Of a DNA stretch of 60,268 nt, positions 25,769-35,588 are shown piece after piece (within the stretch, counting starts at the first letter, position 1; every line of letters starts with the position of its first letter). The stretch lies in NCBI GenBank assembly GCA_036556385.1, contig DATBJQ010000113.1:1-60268 (forward strand), written 5' to 3'. Position numbers and translations under genes: made by a program. The notes below the pieces were generated by a model. That model saw only the letters and a program-made list of their open reading frames with translations, searched no databases and had not been told where the DNA came from. This DNA is from Actinomycetota bacterium. Its GTDB lineage: Bacteria > Actinomycetota > UBA4738 > HRBIN12.

Positions 25769-26794
25769 GTGGAGCCGTGGTCGTTCCCGCCTCGAGGGCG
25801 GTTCGAAGAGCACACGATCGCCAGCGAGGCGCTCCGCGGCAACCGGCTCGGCGATCCGCACGAGCGCCCGCTCTGGGTGTACCTGCCACCCGGGTACGAC
25901 GACGACCCCGACCGTCGCTTCGCCTCGATCTACCTGATCCAGGGTCTGACCGGACAGCTCGACATGTGGCGGAACCGTTCGCCGTTCCGCAGGAACTTCC
26001 CGGAGCTCGCCGACCAGATGTTCGCCGACGGGCAGGCGCCGCCCGTCGTGGTGGTGTGGGTCGACTGCTGGACGTCCCTCGGAGGGAGCCAGTTCCTGGA
26101 TTCCCCGGGCACGGGGAACTACCTCACGTTCCTGTGCGACGAGGTCGTGCCCTTCGTCGACCGGACCTACCGCACGATCGCCGATCGGGACCATCGCGGG
26201 ATCCAGGGCAAGTCCAGTGGCGGGTACGGGGCCATGGTCGTGCCGATGCTCCGGCCGGACCTGTGGGGCGGGCTCGCCACGCATGCGGGTGACGCCCTGT
26301 TCGAGACGTGCTACCTGCCCGAGTTCCGTCAGTCGGCGCGGGCGCTGCGCGACGAGTACGAAGGCTCGTTCGACCGCTTCTGGCAGGACTTCCGGAGCCG
26401 ACCGGCCTTCTCGAAGGACTCCGACGAGCACCTCCTGAACGACTGGTGCATGGCGTCGTGCTACTCCACCGACCCCGACGGCACCGTCCGGATCCCCTTC
26501 GATCCGGTGACGGGCGAGCTGATCCCCGACGTGTGGGAGCGATGGCTCCGGCTGGACCCGGTCCGCATGGTGCCCGACCATGCCGACACGCTGCGGTCGA
26601 TGCGCGCGATCTACGTCGACGCCGGCAAGCGCGATCAGTACTACCTGGACCTCGGCGCCGAGGCGTTCCGGCGTGCGCTGGAAGGGATCGGCGTCACCGA
26701 CGTGTTCTTCGAGCTGTTCGACGCCACCCACATGGGCATCGAGTACCGGTACCCGATCAGCCTGCGGTACCTGGCCGAACGGCTGTCCGCATGA
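25769..26794 (+). CDS. esterase-family alpha/beta hydrolase (putative esterase / enterochelin-esterase-like)
   Basis: GTG 25769 follows GAGGAGGG. Motifs WVYLPPGYDDD and IQGKSSGGYGA (GxSxG nucleophile elbow). Confidence 0.8.
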   Translation: MEPWSFPPRGRFEEHTIASEALRGNRLGDPHERPLWVYLPPGYDDDPDRRFASIYLIQGLTGQLDMWRNRSPFRRNFPELADQMFADGQAPPVVVVWVDCWTSLGGSQFLDSPGTGNYLTFLCDEVVPFVDRTYRTIADRDHRGIQGKSSGGYGAMVVPMLRPDLWGGLATHAGDALFETCYLPEFRQSARALRDEYEGSFDRFWQDFRSRPAFSKDSDEHLLNDWCMASCYSTDPDGTVRIPFDPVTGELIPDVWERWLRLDPVRMVPDHADTLRSMRAIYVDAGKRDQYYLDLGAEAFRRALEGIGVTDVFFELFDATHMGIEYRYPISLRYLAERLSA

Positions 26795-26840
26795 GCGGCG
26801 GTCGTGGTTCGCGGTGGCCGTGGACGGGTAGTGTCGCGTC

Positions 26841-27167
26841 ATGACGTACGTGATCTGCGAGCCGTGCATCGACGTGAAGGACCGGGCCTGCGTGGACGAA
26901 TGCCCGGTCGACTGCATCTACGAGGGGCCGCGGATGCTCTACATCCACCCCGACGAGTGCATCGACTGTGCGGCCTGCGAACCCGTCTGCCCCGTCACCG
27001 CGATCTTCCCGGAGGACGAGGTCCCGGGGGACTGGAAGCCGTTCACCGCCGTCAACGCGGAATGGTTCACCGACGCGATCACCGGTCTGGGGTCGCCCGG
27101 TGGGGCCGCGCAGGCCGACCAGCCCACGGTGGACCATCCCGTCGTCGCCGGGTGGGAGACCGTCTGA
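26841..27167 (+). CDS. fdxA: ferredoxin (actinobacterial 7Fe FdxA-like)
   Basis: [29 protein letters not shown]...[13 protein letters not shown]. Two Cys clusters. 108 aa. Confidence 0.9.
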   Translation: MTYVICEPCIDVKDRACVDECPVDCIYEGPRMLYIHPDECIDCAACEPVCPVTAIFPEDEVPGDWKPFTAVNAEWFTDAITGLGSPGGAAQADQPTVDHPVVAGWETV

Positions 27168-27173
27168 CCGGGT

Positions 27174-27860
27174 TCAGACCCCGTAGGTGCGCTCGACCTG
27201 GATCCGCCCCTCATCGTCGAGCCACAGCCTGACCTCCACGGTGCTGCCCGCTCCCTTCGTCCCGATGTCGCGGCCGCCGGCCCGCAGACGCACACCGCCC
27301 CCGTCGTAGAAGCGGAGGGTGACCTCGTCGTCGCCTTGGAACGTGCGGCGCTCGCCGGGCGGCAGCGTCTCGGACTCGACGACCTCGCCGTCCTGCGTCG
27401 CCTCCACCCAGGTGTCGGACGTCACCGCGAGCGCGACGCGCACGGACGAGAACGACCGTGGCGAGCCGGCCCCACCCGGCTCGTCCCGCGGCGCGGGTGT
27501 CGAAGCCGCGGGACGACCGGCTGGCGAGGCCGCCAGGTCGTCGCGCTGGCCGCGCTCCCGGACGAACGCGACGGCGGCGACGGCGATCAACACGGCGACG
27601 GACAGGGTCACCAGCACCCGTCCGCTGGTCCGGCGGGGCCGTTCGAAGTCGGTGAGCAGGCCCAGCGGTCCTTCGTCCTCGGCGACCGGCCGCGGCGGGC
27701 GACCATCGGGCGCCGCCGACACGAGGGGGGAGCCGCAGAAGCTGCACCGTGGCCCCGACCTGCCGTGGAGCACGTGCACGTGACGGAGGGCGGCTCCGCA
27801 GACGGAGCAGGTCGCGACGAACTCGTCGGAGGGCGTGGTTCTCTGCTTGAGCCCTCGCAT
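27174..27860 (-). CDS. zinc-ribbon / single-TM / DUF4115 (RodZ C-terminal-like) protein
   Basis: ATG 27860 follows AGGAGG. N-terminal CSVCG...CSFCG zinc ribbon, TM helix VLVTLSVAVLIAVAAVAFV, a Pro/Ala linker, and a C-terminal VALAVTSDTWVEATQDGEVV...RFYDGGGVRLRAGGRDIG resembling DUF4115. The 5' 116 aa of the track ORF are an artefact. Confidence 0.65.
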   Translation of the reverse strand: MRGLKQRTTPSDEFVATCSVCGAALRHVHVLHGRSGPRCSFCGSPLVSAAPDGRPPRPVAEDEGPLGLLTDFERPRRTSGRVLVTLSVAVLIAVAAVAFVRERGQRDDLAASPAGRPAASTPAPRDEPGGAGSPRSFSSVRVALAVTSDTWVEATQDGEVVESETLPPGERRTFQGDDEVTLRFYDGGGVRLRAGGRDIGTKGAGSTVEVRLWLDDEGRIQVERTYGV

Positions 27861-28100
27861 CGTGACCTCCTGGGTCTCGCGGGAAGGGGCAGGGGCTCGT
27901 GCCTCGGCCGGGGATCGGTTCCCTCCACCCTGCCCGATGGCGCGCGGGGGTGCCAAGTCGGGCAGACGCACTACGCGCCCGCGTTCGTCCCCAGCCCGGA
28001 AGGGGCGGTCGGACCAGGGGGGGAAGCACCATGTCCGCCTGATGGCCTCGGTCGTTCGGAGCTTGTTCGGCCCCCGAACGTGGGGCACCATGATGTCTCG

Positions 28101-28463
28101 ATGGGCATCTACCAGAGCTCGGGCAGGGTGGCGAACCCCTTCGGCACGATCGGCGTGATGGTGGGGGTGATCGGGGCCGCGTTCAGCGTGATCCTGTGGA
28201 TCCATCACTACAGCCCGGACACGACCCTCCTCGGCTCCTACTCGGCCCAGATCTCGAGCGGGAGCCAGCTCGCCGACGGCCTCTCCGTCCTCGCCGCGAT
28301 CTTCGGCGTGATGGCCGTGTTCTCCGGCATCATCGGCGGGTTCGGCGGGAAGGGGAGCGCCAGCACGGTCGCCTCACTCCTGCTCGGCGTGGTCGCGTTG
28401 TCCTACCCCGTGCTGACGGCCCTGAACCTGGTCGAGCGCTTCGCACCGAACCCCTTGGGCTGA
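28101..28463 (+). CDS. hypothetical integral membrane protein (about 120 aa, 3-4 TM)
   Basis: Starts at ATG 28101, or in-frame GTG 28080. Sequence MGIYQSSGRVANPFGTIGVMVGVIGAAFSVILWI...LAAIFGVMAVFSGIIGGFGG...LLLGVVALSYPVLTAL. Only the last third of track ORF 27336.. is plausible. Confidence 0.55.
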   Translation: MGIYQSSGRVANPFGTIGVMVGVIGAAFSVILWIHHYSPDTTLLGSYSAQISSGSQLADGLSVLAAIFGVMAVFSGIIGGFGGKGSASTVASLLLGVVALSYPVLTALNLVERFAPNPLG

Positions 28464-28485
28464 CCTGTCAGGGCCGATCGGGCGA

Positions 28486-29922
28486 TCAGAGGGGCTCGTC
28501 GACCGGCTCCGTCCCGGGTTCCCACCCGGTGTAGGTGTCGCCCACCCATTCGTAGGGGTCGTCGTTGACCGTCGGCGCGCGGAGCTCTCCGAGGACCGGG
28601 TCACGCGGGCGTGCGCGGAAATCGAAGACGTGCTCGAAGCCGTGGGTGTTCGCGATCCGGTCGGTCAGGTAGGGGAGACCCCAGTTGTCGCTGATGAAGC
28701 GCAACGGGCTCGAGAACTCGCCCTGCTCGGTGTCGAGGAGCCCTCGCGGCGTGTACGGCGAGATCGTCAGCAGCGGCACGCGCATGCCGAGCCCCACGTG
28801 GTCGGTCTCGGGGGGCAGCACCGGATCGTAGAAGCCGCCCCACTCGTCCCACGTGACGAAGATCGCGGTGTGCTCCCACATGTCCGAGCGCATCACGGCG
28901 TTCACGATCTCCGTGACCCAGTTGTGCGCGTGACCGGTGGAGAACGGCGGGTGGTCGGAGAGCTCGAACCGGGGGGTGGCCCACGTGACCGCCGGGAGCC
29001 GTCCCGCCTCGATGTCCTGCACGATCCGGTCGATCGGACGCATCTTCGTCTGCCACAGATCCCCGTGGAACACGTTCTCGACGCCGTTGTAGGCGTTCCA
29101 GAAGTACCCCGTCTGCCCCGGGACGGCCGAGTAGTAGGCCCAGTCGATCCCCTCGTCGGAGAGCTGCTCCCCGACCGTCGGGAACGTGAAGCACGTGTCG
29201 TGCTTCGCTGCGTTCCCTCGGGGATCGACCGTCAGGACGAACACCTCGTCGCCCACGACGTCGCACCCCCAGCTCTTGAAGGTGGAACCGTCGTCGAGCG
29301 GGCGGACCTTGATGTTCTCCGGGTTGTCGATCACGCCGCCCGACGTCCCGGCGATGAAGAAGAAGTGGTTCGGGTAGCTCGGTCCGTTCGCGCTGGCGAA
29401 GAAGTGGTCGGACAGCGCGTACTCGCGGGCCCACAGCCAGTAGTTCGGGATCTGGTCCTCGTCGAACACGGTGTAGGCGTACGTCGATCCGTACGTCCCG
29501 GTCCCGAACCCGTCCATCGCGCCGCCGTTGATGCAGTTCAGCGCCGCGGCACGGTCGTGGGGGATGTCCCCCGGGAGCCACTCCGGACAGCGCCTCAGCG
29601 GCTTCTCGCGCCCGTACTCGACGCCGACCGACGTGCCCTGGAAGACGCCGGGGAACCGGCCGAACAGGTTGTTGAAGCTCCGGTTCTCGAGCATCAGGTA
29701 GAGCACGCGCTTGATCGGGGTCGCCGTGTCCCGCTTCGGCGTTGGGTCCGTGACCGAGGTGATCACGCGGCCGCCGGTGCAGGAGAACAGGGTGGCTCCG
29801 GCGACCGCCATCGCCGAGCGCTTCAGGAAGTCGCGTCGCGGCAGCGGGAGGGGGTGGCCCCAGCGTCGCTCCCCGTCCTCGGCGGGTCGGGGGTCGTGGA
29901 AGGGGTGACGGCGTGCGGGCAT
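28486..29922 (-). CDS. Tat-exported phosphoesterase-family protein (phospholipase C / acid phosphatase AcpA-like)
   Basis: ATG 29922 follows GGGAGAA. Twin-arginine signal RRDFLKRSAMAVAGATLFS. Phosphoesterase motifs VLYLMLENRSFNNLFG, WCDV-like block, VTWDEWGGFYD. Confidence 0.8.
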   Translation of the reverse strand: MPARRHPFHDPRPAEDGERRWGHPLPLPRRDFLKRSAMAVAGATLFSCTGGRVITSVTDPTPKRDTATPIKRVLYLMLENRSFNNLFGRFPGVFQGTSVGVEYGREKPLRRCPEWLPGDIPHDRAAALNCINGGAMDGFGTGTYGSTYAYTVFDEDQIPNYWLWAREYALSDHFFASANGPSYPNHFFFIAGTSGGVIDNPENIKVRPLDDGSTFKSWGCDVVGDEVFVLTVDPRGNAAKHDTCFTFPTVGEQLSDEGIDWAYYSAVPGQTGYFWNAYNGVENVFHGDLWQTKMRPIDRIVQDIEAGRLPAVTWATPRFELSDHPPFSTGHAHNWVTEIVNAVMRSDMWEHTAIFVTWDEWGGFYDPVLPPETDHVGLGMRVPLLTISPYTPRGLLDTEQGEFSSPLRFISDNWGLPYLTDRIANTHGFEHVFDFRARPRDPVLGELRAPTVNDDPYEWVGDTYTGWEPGTEPVDEPL

Positions 29923-30015
29923 CCGTGGATTCTCCCAAGCGGTCGTGGCGCTCGCGCGGCTTCCGGCCTGGGTCGCACAGCTTCGCAACACGCTCCGGCT
30001 ACGCTGGGCAGCCGC

Positions 30016-30714
30016 ATGGATCGCGTCCGCTCGCGCCGGCCGTACGCCTCGCTCGCCCTCGTCGGCGTGGTCGTCCTCGTGCTCGCGGCGTGCGACGGTG
30101 AGTCCTCCGACCCCTTCTCGGTGTCGGTGGCACCCACCACGTCGACCGCTCCGCCCGTCACGGTGGCGCCGCCGTCGACGTCCTCCTCACCCACCCCCCC
30201 GGCGACCCCCGCCACGCCACCGCCCGACGCCGGCGTGGTCGCCACCGACTGCGTCGGCGGGTGGAGCTCGCCCGCACCGAGCTCCCGTGACTACGAGGGA
30301 CCGATCGACCGGATCCGCAGGGCCGCGCCGTTCGCCGGTCCGGCCCAGGTGGTCGAGATGCGGTTGTTCGTCGGGCCCGAGTCGCCTCCGTCGGACAAGA
30401 ACTACCTCCAGGACATCCGGCGCTGGTACGTGAAGCTCTACGCGCCGAACGACCTGGCGTACCAGGGACGGTTCCTGGTCGAGGAGCGGCGCTTCGGAGC
30501 CGGCGTGGTGGCCGTCGCCCCGTACGACACGGTCGGCTTCTCGTCGCCCGACTGGATCGGGTTCCAGTGGGACGCGGGCGACCCCCGCCCGAGGCCCTAC
30601 GAGGGCCTGCCCGGCCGGTGGCGCGGGGTCCCGTACGACTTCGTCCGGGGTGGAGCGGGGCTGAAGATCCCGGGGCTGCCCGACGACGTCCGCGGGTGCC
30701 TGGAAGGGACCTGA
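30016..30714 (+). CDS. hypothetical lipoprotein
   Basis: ATG 30016. Signal peptide and lipobox VLVLAAC-D, a Pro/Thr/Ser-rich linker, and a globular C-terminal half with no recognisable family. Only the last 232 aa of track ORF 28630.. are plausible. Confidence 0.6.
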   Translation: MDRVRSRRPYASLALVGVVVLVLAACDGESSDPFSVSVAPTTSTAPPVTVAPPSTSSSPTPPATPATPPPDAGVVATDCVGGWSSPAPSSRDYEGPIDRIRRAAPFAGPAQVVEMRLFVGPESPPSDKNYLQDIRRWYVKLYAPNDLAYQGRFLVEERRFGAGVVAVAPYDTVGFSSPDWIGFQWDAGDPRPRPYEGLPGRWRGVPYDFVRGGAGLKIPGLPDDVRGCLEGT

Positions 30715-30816
30715 CCGGCACGGGATCCGTTCCGCGTTGCGCCCACGGCCGCTCCGGGCGTAGCGTCGGAGGTGACCGGTCCCGGTCGAGACCGCCCGCT
30801 CGGAAGGAGGGCCGTC

Positions 30817-31470
30817 ATGTCGCGCCGATCGTTCGGACCTGCGCTCGTCGTCGTGCTCGTCGCCACGCTGCTCCTGGGAGCGTTCCCCGGCGGCGCGCAT
30901 CCGGCGCCGAGCCACGGTCTCGGGATCTACCGTCCGTCCGTGCCGCTCGCGCGCGTCTACACGCGCTGGGCGCTCGGGGCGAGCCCCAGTCCGCTGTTCG
31001 GCGCCCTCGAAGGGGTCTGCGGGGCGCGGATGGGGAACGACGTCTTCATCGCGCCTCCGATCGCGGAGGGCGTCGACGTCAGGTGCCGGGTGCCCTACGG
31101 GGCCCGCATCGTCTTCTCGCACGCCGCGTGGTTCACCCTGATCCCGTTCGACGGGAGCACCGACGTCGAGATCGTGGCGGCCGCGAACGCCGGGTTCACC
31201 CCCGTCGTGAGCTGGGTGCGGCTCGACGGTCGTCCCGTCCGCCTGGCCGGCAGGTCCTTCAATGCGGGCGCGTTCGACGTGTGGTCGGAACCCGACAGCT
31301 TCCTGGACCAGATCGGAGCGGGCACCGGCGCCGTCCGCACGTCGATCACCGGCACGTTCCTGGTGATCCCGCCGCTCCCCTGTGGGTATCACCGGCTCCG
31401 AGCGGCCGTGGACTTCGGGATCCCCGACCAGAGCTTCAGCGGGACGTATCGACTCCGCGTCTGCGGCTAG
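30817..31470 (+). CDS. hypothetical secreted protein
   Basis: ATG 30817 follows GGAAGGAGG. Signal peptide SRRSFGPALVVVLVATLLLGAFPGGAHP. No recognisable family. Confidence 0.6.
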   Translation: MSRRSFGPALVVVLVATLLLGAFPGGAHPAPSHGLGIYRPSVPLARVYTRWALGASPSPLFGALEGVCGARMGNDVFIAPPIAEGVDVRCRVPYGARIVFSHAAWFTLIPFDGSTDVEIVAAANAGFTPVVSWVRLDGRPVRLAGRSFNAGAFDVWSEPDSFLDQIGAGTGAVRTSITGTFLVIPPLPCGYHRLRAAVDFGIPDQSFSGTYRLRVCG

Positions 31471-32639
31471 GGCCACTCCGTGTAGGCGGCCGGACCCCGC
31501 TTGCGCAGCTCGTTGAGGACGATCGTCCGCTGGATCTCGGACGTGCCTTCCCAGATGCGATCGACGCGCAGCTCCCGGTACAGGCGCTCCACGGGCTGGT
31601 CCCGCATGTAGCCGCGCCCGCCGAAGATCTGCACCGCCCGGTCCGCGATCCGTCCGGCGGTCTCGCTGCAGACGAGCTTGACCGCTGACGCCTGGGCGTG
31701 GATCCGCTTGCGGTCGGCACCGCCGCGTGCCGCCTCCCAGCAGACGCGGTAGAGCAGCGACTTCGCCGCCGCGAGCTCGGCGGCCATGTCGGCGAGCATG
31801 AACCCGACGGCCTGGAACTCCGCGATCGGGCGGCCGAATTGCCGCCGCTCGTCGGCGTAGCCGAGCGCCAGCTCGAGCGCACGGGTCGCCGCGCCCACCG
31901 TCCGTGCCCCGATCATGAGGCGCTCCTCGACGAACCAGTCCTTCGTGAGCTCGAGGCCGTGGCCCACCCCACCCAGCACGCGGTCGTCGCCGACCCGGAC
32001 GTCCGCGAAGGCGACGATCGGGTGCTCGAACACGAACGTGTGCATGTACGCCGGCGTGCGGACGATCCGCACGCCCGGGGTGTCCTTGTCCACCAGGAAG
32101 ATCGTGGCCTTGGCGGGGTCCGCGTCCACGTGAGCATGCACCAGGAGGAAGTCGGCGACGTCCCCGCTGGTGACGTGCCACTTCTCGCCGTTCAGGACCC
32201 AGTCGTCGCCGTCGCGACGCGCCGTGGTCGCCACCATGCTCACGTCCGAGCCGGCGCCCTCCTCGGTGATCGCGTAGGCGTCCCGGCGCTCACCACGGCA
32301 CGCCGGACGCAGGAAGCGATCCTTCTGGCCCTCGGACCCGGCGGCCAGGGGGATCGACGGACGCCACGGGATGTCCCACAGCGCGCCGGTCGCCCGGCCC
32401 CACTGCTCCTCGATCAGCATCACCTGGAAGACGTCGTAGCCCTGCCCGCCGTCCGCCACCGCGTGATTGATCGCACCGAAACCCCAGTCCAGCACCGCAC
32501 GCTTCGCCGCCGCCAGGGACGCCGGCGTCAGGCCGTCGTGCTCCTCGCACTCGTCCTCCAGCGGCACCAGCACCTGATCGCAGAAGTCGCGTGCCTTCCG
32601 CGCCAGATCCCGGTCGTCGGCGGTGAGTCGGAGGTCCAC
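31467..32639 (-). CDS. acyl-CoA dehydrogenase family protein (paralogue of 3292..4470)
   Basis: GTG 32639. Motifs YAITEEGAGSDV, VLNGEKWHVTS, QIFGGRGYMRDQ, RVDRIWEGTSEIQR. Confidence 0.9.
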   Translation of the reverse strand: MDLRLTADDRDLARKARDFCDQVLVPLEDECEEHDGLTPASLAAAKRAVLDWGFGAINHAVADGGQGYDVFQVMLIEEQWGRATGALWDIPWRPSIPLAAGSEGQKDRFLRPACRGERRDAYAITEEGAGSDVSMVATTARRDGDDWVLNGEKWHVTSGDVADFLLVHAHVDADPAKATIFLVDKDTPGVRIVRTPAYMHTFVFEHPIVAFADVRVGDDRVLGGVGHGLELTKDWFVEERLMIGARTVGAATRALELALGYADERRQFGRPIAEFQAVGFMLADMAAELAAAKSLLYRVCWEAARGGADRKRIHAQASAVKLVCSETAGRIADRAVQIFGGRGYMRDQPVERLYRELRVDRIWEGTSEIQRTIVLNELRKRGPAAYTEWP

Positions 32640-32702
32640 GGATGCGCTCCCCAGGGTAGGGTGTCGCGCCGGAGTCTAGGAGCCACCGCGGAGGCGCGAG
32701 CG

Positions 32703-33935
32703 ATGCCGGATCCAGGGACCAGGACGCTGTTCCATGGCGGACGTGTCTTCGACGGCACGGGTGCGGCGCCGGCGGACGCCGATGTCGTGATCCAGGGCGG
32801 CAGGATCCTCGAGGTCGGACGCGGGCTCGACGGCGACGTGGGGGTGGACTGCACGGGGCGAGGACTGCTCCCGGGTCTGTTCGACTGCCACCTCCACCTG
32901 GTCGGGCGGTACGAGGACGACGAGCTGACGATGCAGCACCGGCCGTTCTCGTACACGTTCTTCACGATCCCGGCGAACCTTCGGACGACGCTCGAGCTCG
33001 GGATCACCACCGTCCGCGACGCGGGCGGCGCGGACCTCGGGCTGAAGCAGGCGATCGACGACGGCGTGCTCACCGGGCCGCGGCTCCAGATCTCGATCAC
33101 GATGCTCAGCCAGACCGGCGGCCACAACGACCCGTGGCTCCCGAGTGGCGGCGTCAGCGCCTACGACTGGCTGCCGTACCCCGGCTTCCCCGACGGCAGG
33201 TGCGATGGGATCGAAGGCGTCCGAACGAAGGTGCGCGAGGTGGTCCGCGCCGGCGCCGACGTGATCAAGATCGCCTCCAGTGGGGGCTTCTTCTCTCCGC
33301 GCGACGATCCGAGGCACCCGCACTTCACGCAGGAGGAGCTCGACGAGATCGTCGTGACCGCGGCAGATCTCGGCGTCCCCGTGATGTCGCACGCCCACGG
33401 CGCCGAAGGCATCAAGCGCGCCGTCCGCGCCGGCGTGCGGTCGATCGAACACGGCACCTTCCTGGACGAGGAGGGTGCCGCGATGATGCTCGAGCGCGGC
33501 ACCTGGCTCGTCCCGACGCTGACGGCGGGGGACACGACCGAGGACCTGGCGAAGGATCCGAAGCTGGCGCCGGAGGTCCGCGCCAAGTTCGAGGGGCTCG
33601 GGCGGCCCGAATTCGACGCGATGCGTCTGGCGGCTGACGCCGGGGTGAAGGTCGCGATGGGGACCGATTGCCCGGTGGCACCCCACGGGTGGAACCTGAA
33701 CGAGCTGCGCCACATGGCGGACAACGGCTTCACGCCCTCGCAGGCGCTCGTGGCGGCGACGTCCAGCGCCGCCGAGCTGCTCGGCGTGCAGGACGACCTC
33801 GGCACCCTGGAGCCCCCGAAGCGGGCGGATCTGGTCGTGGTGCGGGGCGATCCGCTCGACGTCGCGACGTTGAGGGACCGGATCGATCAGGTGTGGAAGG
33901 ACGGCGTGCAGGTCGTCGGGCCCGGGGCCGCCTGA
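32703..33935 (+). CDS. metal-dependent amidohydrolase family protein
   Basis: ATG 32703. Motifs GLFDCHLHL (HxH), VMSHAHGAEGI, SIEHGTF, AMGTDCP. 410 aa. Confidence 0.85.
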   Translation: MPDPGTRTLFHGGRVFDGTGAAPADADVVIQGGRILEVGRGLDGDVGVDCTGRGLLPGLFDCHLHLVGRYEDDELTMQHRPFSYTFFTIPANLRTTLELGITTVRDAGGADLGLKQAIDDGVLTGPRLQISITMLSQTGGHNDPWLPSGGVSAYDWLPYPGFPDGRCDGIEGVRTKVREVVRAGADVIKIASSGGFFSPRDDPRHPHFTQEELDEIVVTAADLGVPVMSHAHGAEGIKRAVRAGVRSIEHGTFLDEEGAAMMLERGTWLVPTLTAGDTTEDLAKDPKLAPEVRAKFEGLGRPEFDAMRLAADAGVKVAMGTDCPVAPHGWNLNELRHMADNGFTPSQALVAATSSAAELLGVQDDLGTLEPPKRADLVVVRGDPLDVATLRDRIDQVWKDGVQVVGPGAA

Positions 33936-35578
33936 TGGCCGCGACCACGGGCGAGCGGGCGGCGGCCGGCGGCGTGGTGCTGCTCACCCTGTGCGCGGGG
34001 CAGTTCCTGATGGCGCTCGACAGCTCGGTCATGAACGTCTCGATCGCGACCGTCGCCGACGACCTCGACACGTCGATCACCGGGATCCAGAGCGCGATCG
34101 TCCTGTACACGCTCGTGATGGCGATGCTGATGGTCACCGGCGGCAAGATCGGCTCGATGATCGGGCGCAAGCGGGCGTTCCTGATCGGGCTTGCGATCTA
34201 CTGCACCGGGTCGCTCACGACTGCGCTCGCACCGAACCTCCCCGTCCTGCTGCTGGGTTGGTCCGTGCTCGAGGGGATCGGCGCGGCGCTGATCATGCCG
34301 GCGATCGTCGCGCTCGTCGCGGGGAACTTCGCGCCGCAGGGGCGGCCCCGCGCCTACGGCCTGGTGGGAGCGGCCGGTGCGATCGCGATCGCCGTCGGGC
34401 CGCTGATCGGGGGGCTCGCGACGACGTATGCGTCCTGGCGCTGGGTGTTCGCCGGCGAGGTCCTGATCGGACTCGGGATCTTCCTGTTCTCGCGGCGGGT
34501 GACCGATGCACCCGTCGGTGACCGGCCGCATCTGGACGTCCTGGGCTCCGTCCTGTGGGCGGTCGGGATGGGCCTGATCGTGCTCGGCGTGCTGAAGTCC
34601 GGCGAGTGGGGATGGTTCGTCCCATCTCCGGACGCACCCTCGGTGTTCGGCATGTCGCCGGTCATCTGGCTGATCATCGCGGGGCTCATCTCGATCCGGC
34701 TCTTCAGCACGCACCTCCGCCGCGTGACCGAGGCCGGGAAGGAGCCGCTGTTCAGCCCGACGCTGATCGAGAACAAGCTGAACGGCGGGCTGCTGATGTT
34801 CTTCTTCCAGTTCGTGGTGATGATGGGCGTGTTCTTCGTCATGCCGCTGTTCCTCTCCGTGGCCCTGGGCCTGTCGGCGATCGACACGGGGATCAAGCTC
34901 ACGCCGCTCTCGGTGACGATGCTCCTGGGGGCGGCGGGTGTCCCGAGGTTCTTCCCGTCGGCCTCGCCCCGGCGGGTCGTGGGCATCGGCTTCGTGGCCG
35001 TGCTCCTCGGGATCGTCGCGCTGATCGGCGGGATCGACGTCGATGCCAGCGCCGAGGTCGTGACGGTGCCGCTGCTCGCGATCGGTCTGGGCCTGGGGGC
35101 GCTCGCGTCGCAGCTGGGAGCGGTCACCGTCTCGGCGGCGCCCGAGGAGCTTGCCCCGGAGGTCGGCGGTCTCCAGAACACCGCCTCGCAGTTCGGGGCG
35201 TCGCTCGGGACGGCACTGGCCGGGTCGGTGCTGATCGGGGCCCTCACCGCCTCGTTCCTGAGCGGGATCGCGGCGAACCCGGATGTCCCCCCCGAAGTGG
35301 CCGATCAAGCCAACATCGAGCTCGCGAGCGGGATCCCCTTCATCTCCGACGCGGACCTCCAGGCCGCGCTCGACGAGGCTGGCGTCGACGACCCGGTCTC
35401 GGAGGCGGTCGCGGACGATTACGCCGAGGCGCGGCTGGTCGGGCTCCGCACAGCCCTGTCGCTGCTCGCCGTGTTCGCGGTGATCGCCCTGTACTTCACG
35501 CGGCGGATCCCCAAGGAGCCGGTGGGGTCCTCACGTGATCCAGCGGTCGAGGGGAGACCGGCCGAGCCCGTCGGGTAG
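33935..35578 (+). CDS. MFS transporter (14-TM DHA2 / EmrB-QacA-like)
   Basis: ATG 33935 shares 1 nt with the upstream TGA. N-terminus LTLCAGQFLMALDSSVMNVSIATV. Many TM segments. Confidence 0.85.
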   Translation: MAATTGERAAAGGVVLLTLCAGQFLMALDSSVMNVSIATVADDLDTSITGIQSAIVLYTLVMAMLMVTGGKIGSMIGRKRAFLIGLAIYCTGSLTTALAPNLPVLLLGWSVLEGIGAALIMPAIVALVAGNFAPQGRPRAYGLVGAAGAIAIAVGPLIGGLATTYASWRWVFAGEVLIGLGIFLFSRRVTDAPVGDRPHLDVLGSVLWAVGMGLIVLGVLKSGEWGWFVPSPDAPSVFGMSPVIWLIIAGLISIRLFSTHLRRVTEAGKEPLFSPTLIENKLNGGLLMFFFQFVVMMGVFFVMPLFLSVALGLSAIDTGIKLTPLSVTMLLGAAGVPRFFPSASPRRVVGIGFVAVLLGIVALIGGIDVDASAEVVTVPLLAIGLGLGALASQLGAVTVSAAPEELAPEVGGLQNTASQFGASLGTALAGSVLIGALTASFLSGIAANPDVPPEVADQANIELASGIPFISDADLQAALDEAGVDDPVSEAVADDYAEARLVGLRTALSLLAVFAVIALYFTRRIPKEPVGSSRDPAVEGRPAEPVG

Positions 35579-35588
35579 CCTCCGCTCG

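Noticed and set aside
27162-27179. GTCTGA-N6-TCAGAC between the ferredoxin and zinc-ribbon genes as a bidirectional terminator. Similar stop-codon palindromes occur at 18647-18654 (TCAGCTGA) and 45723-45732 (CTGAGCTCAG).
   Set aside because: The stems are only 4-6 bp. They arise trivially from two convergent TGA stops, and no U-tracts follow.
27835-28158. 107-aa ORF filling the 240-bp divergent gap
   Set aside because: It is highly basic and low-complexity (RRTTRPRSSPARKGRS), has no RBS, and overlaps the starts of both flanking genes.
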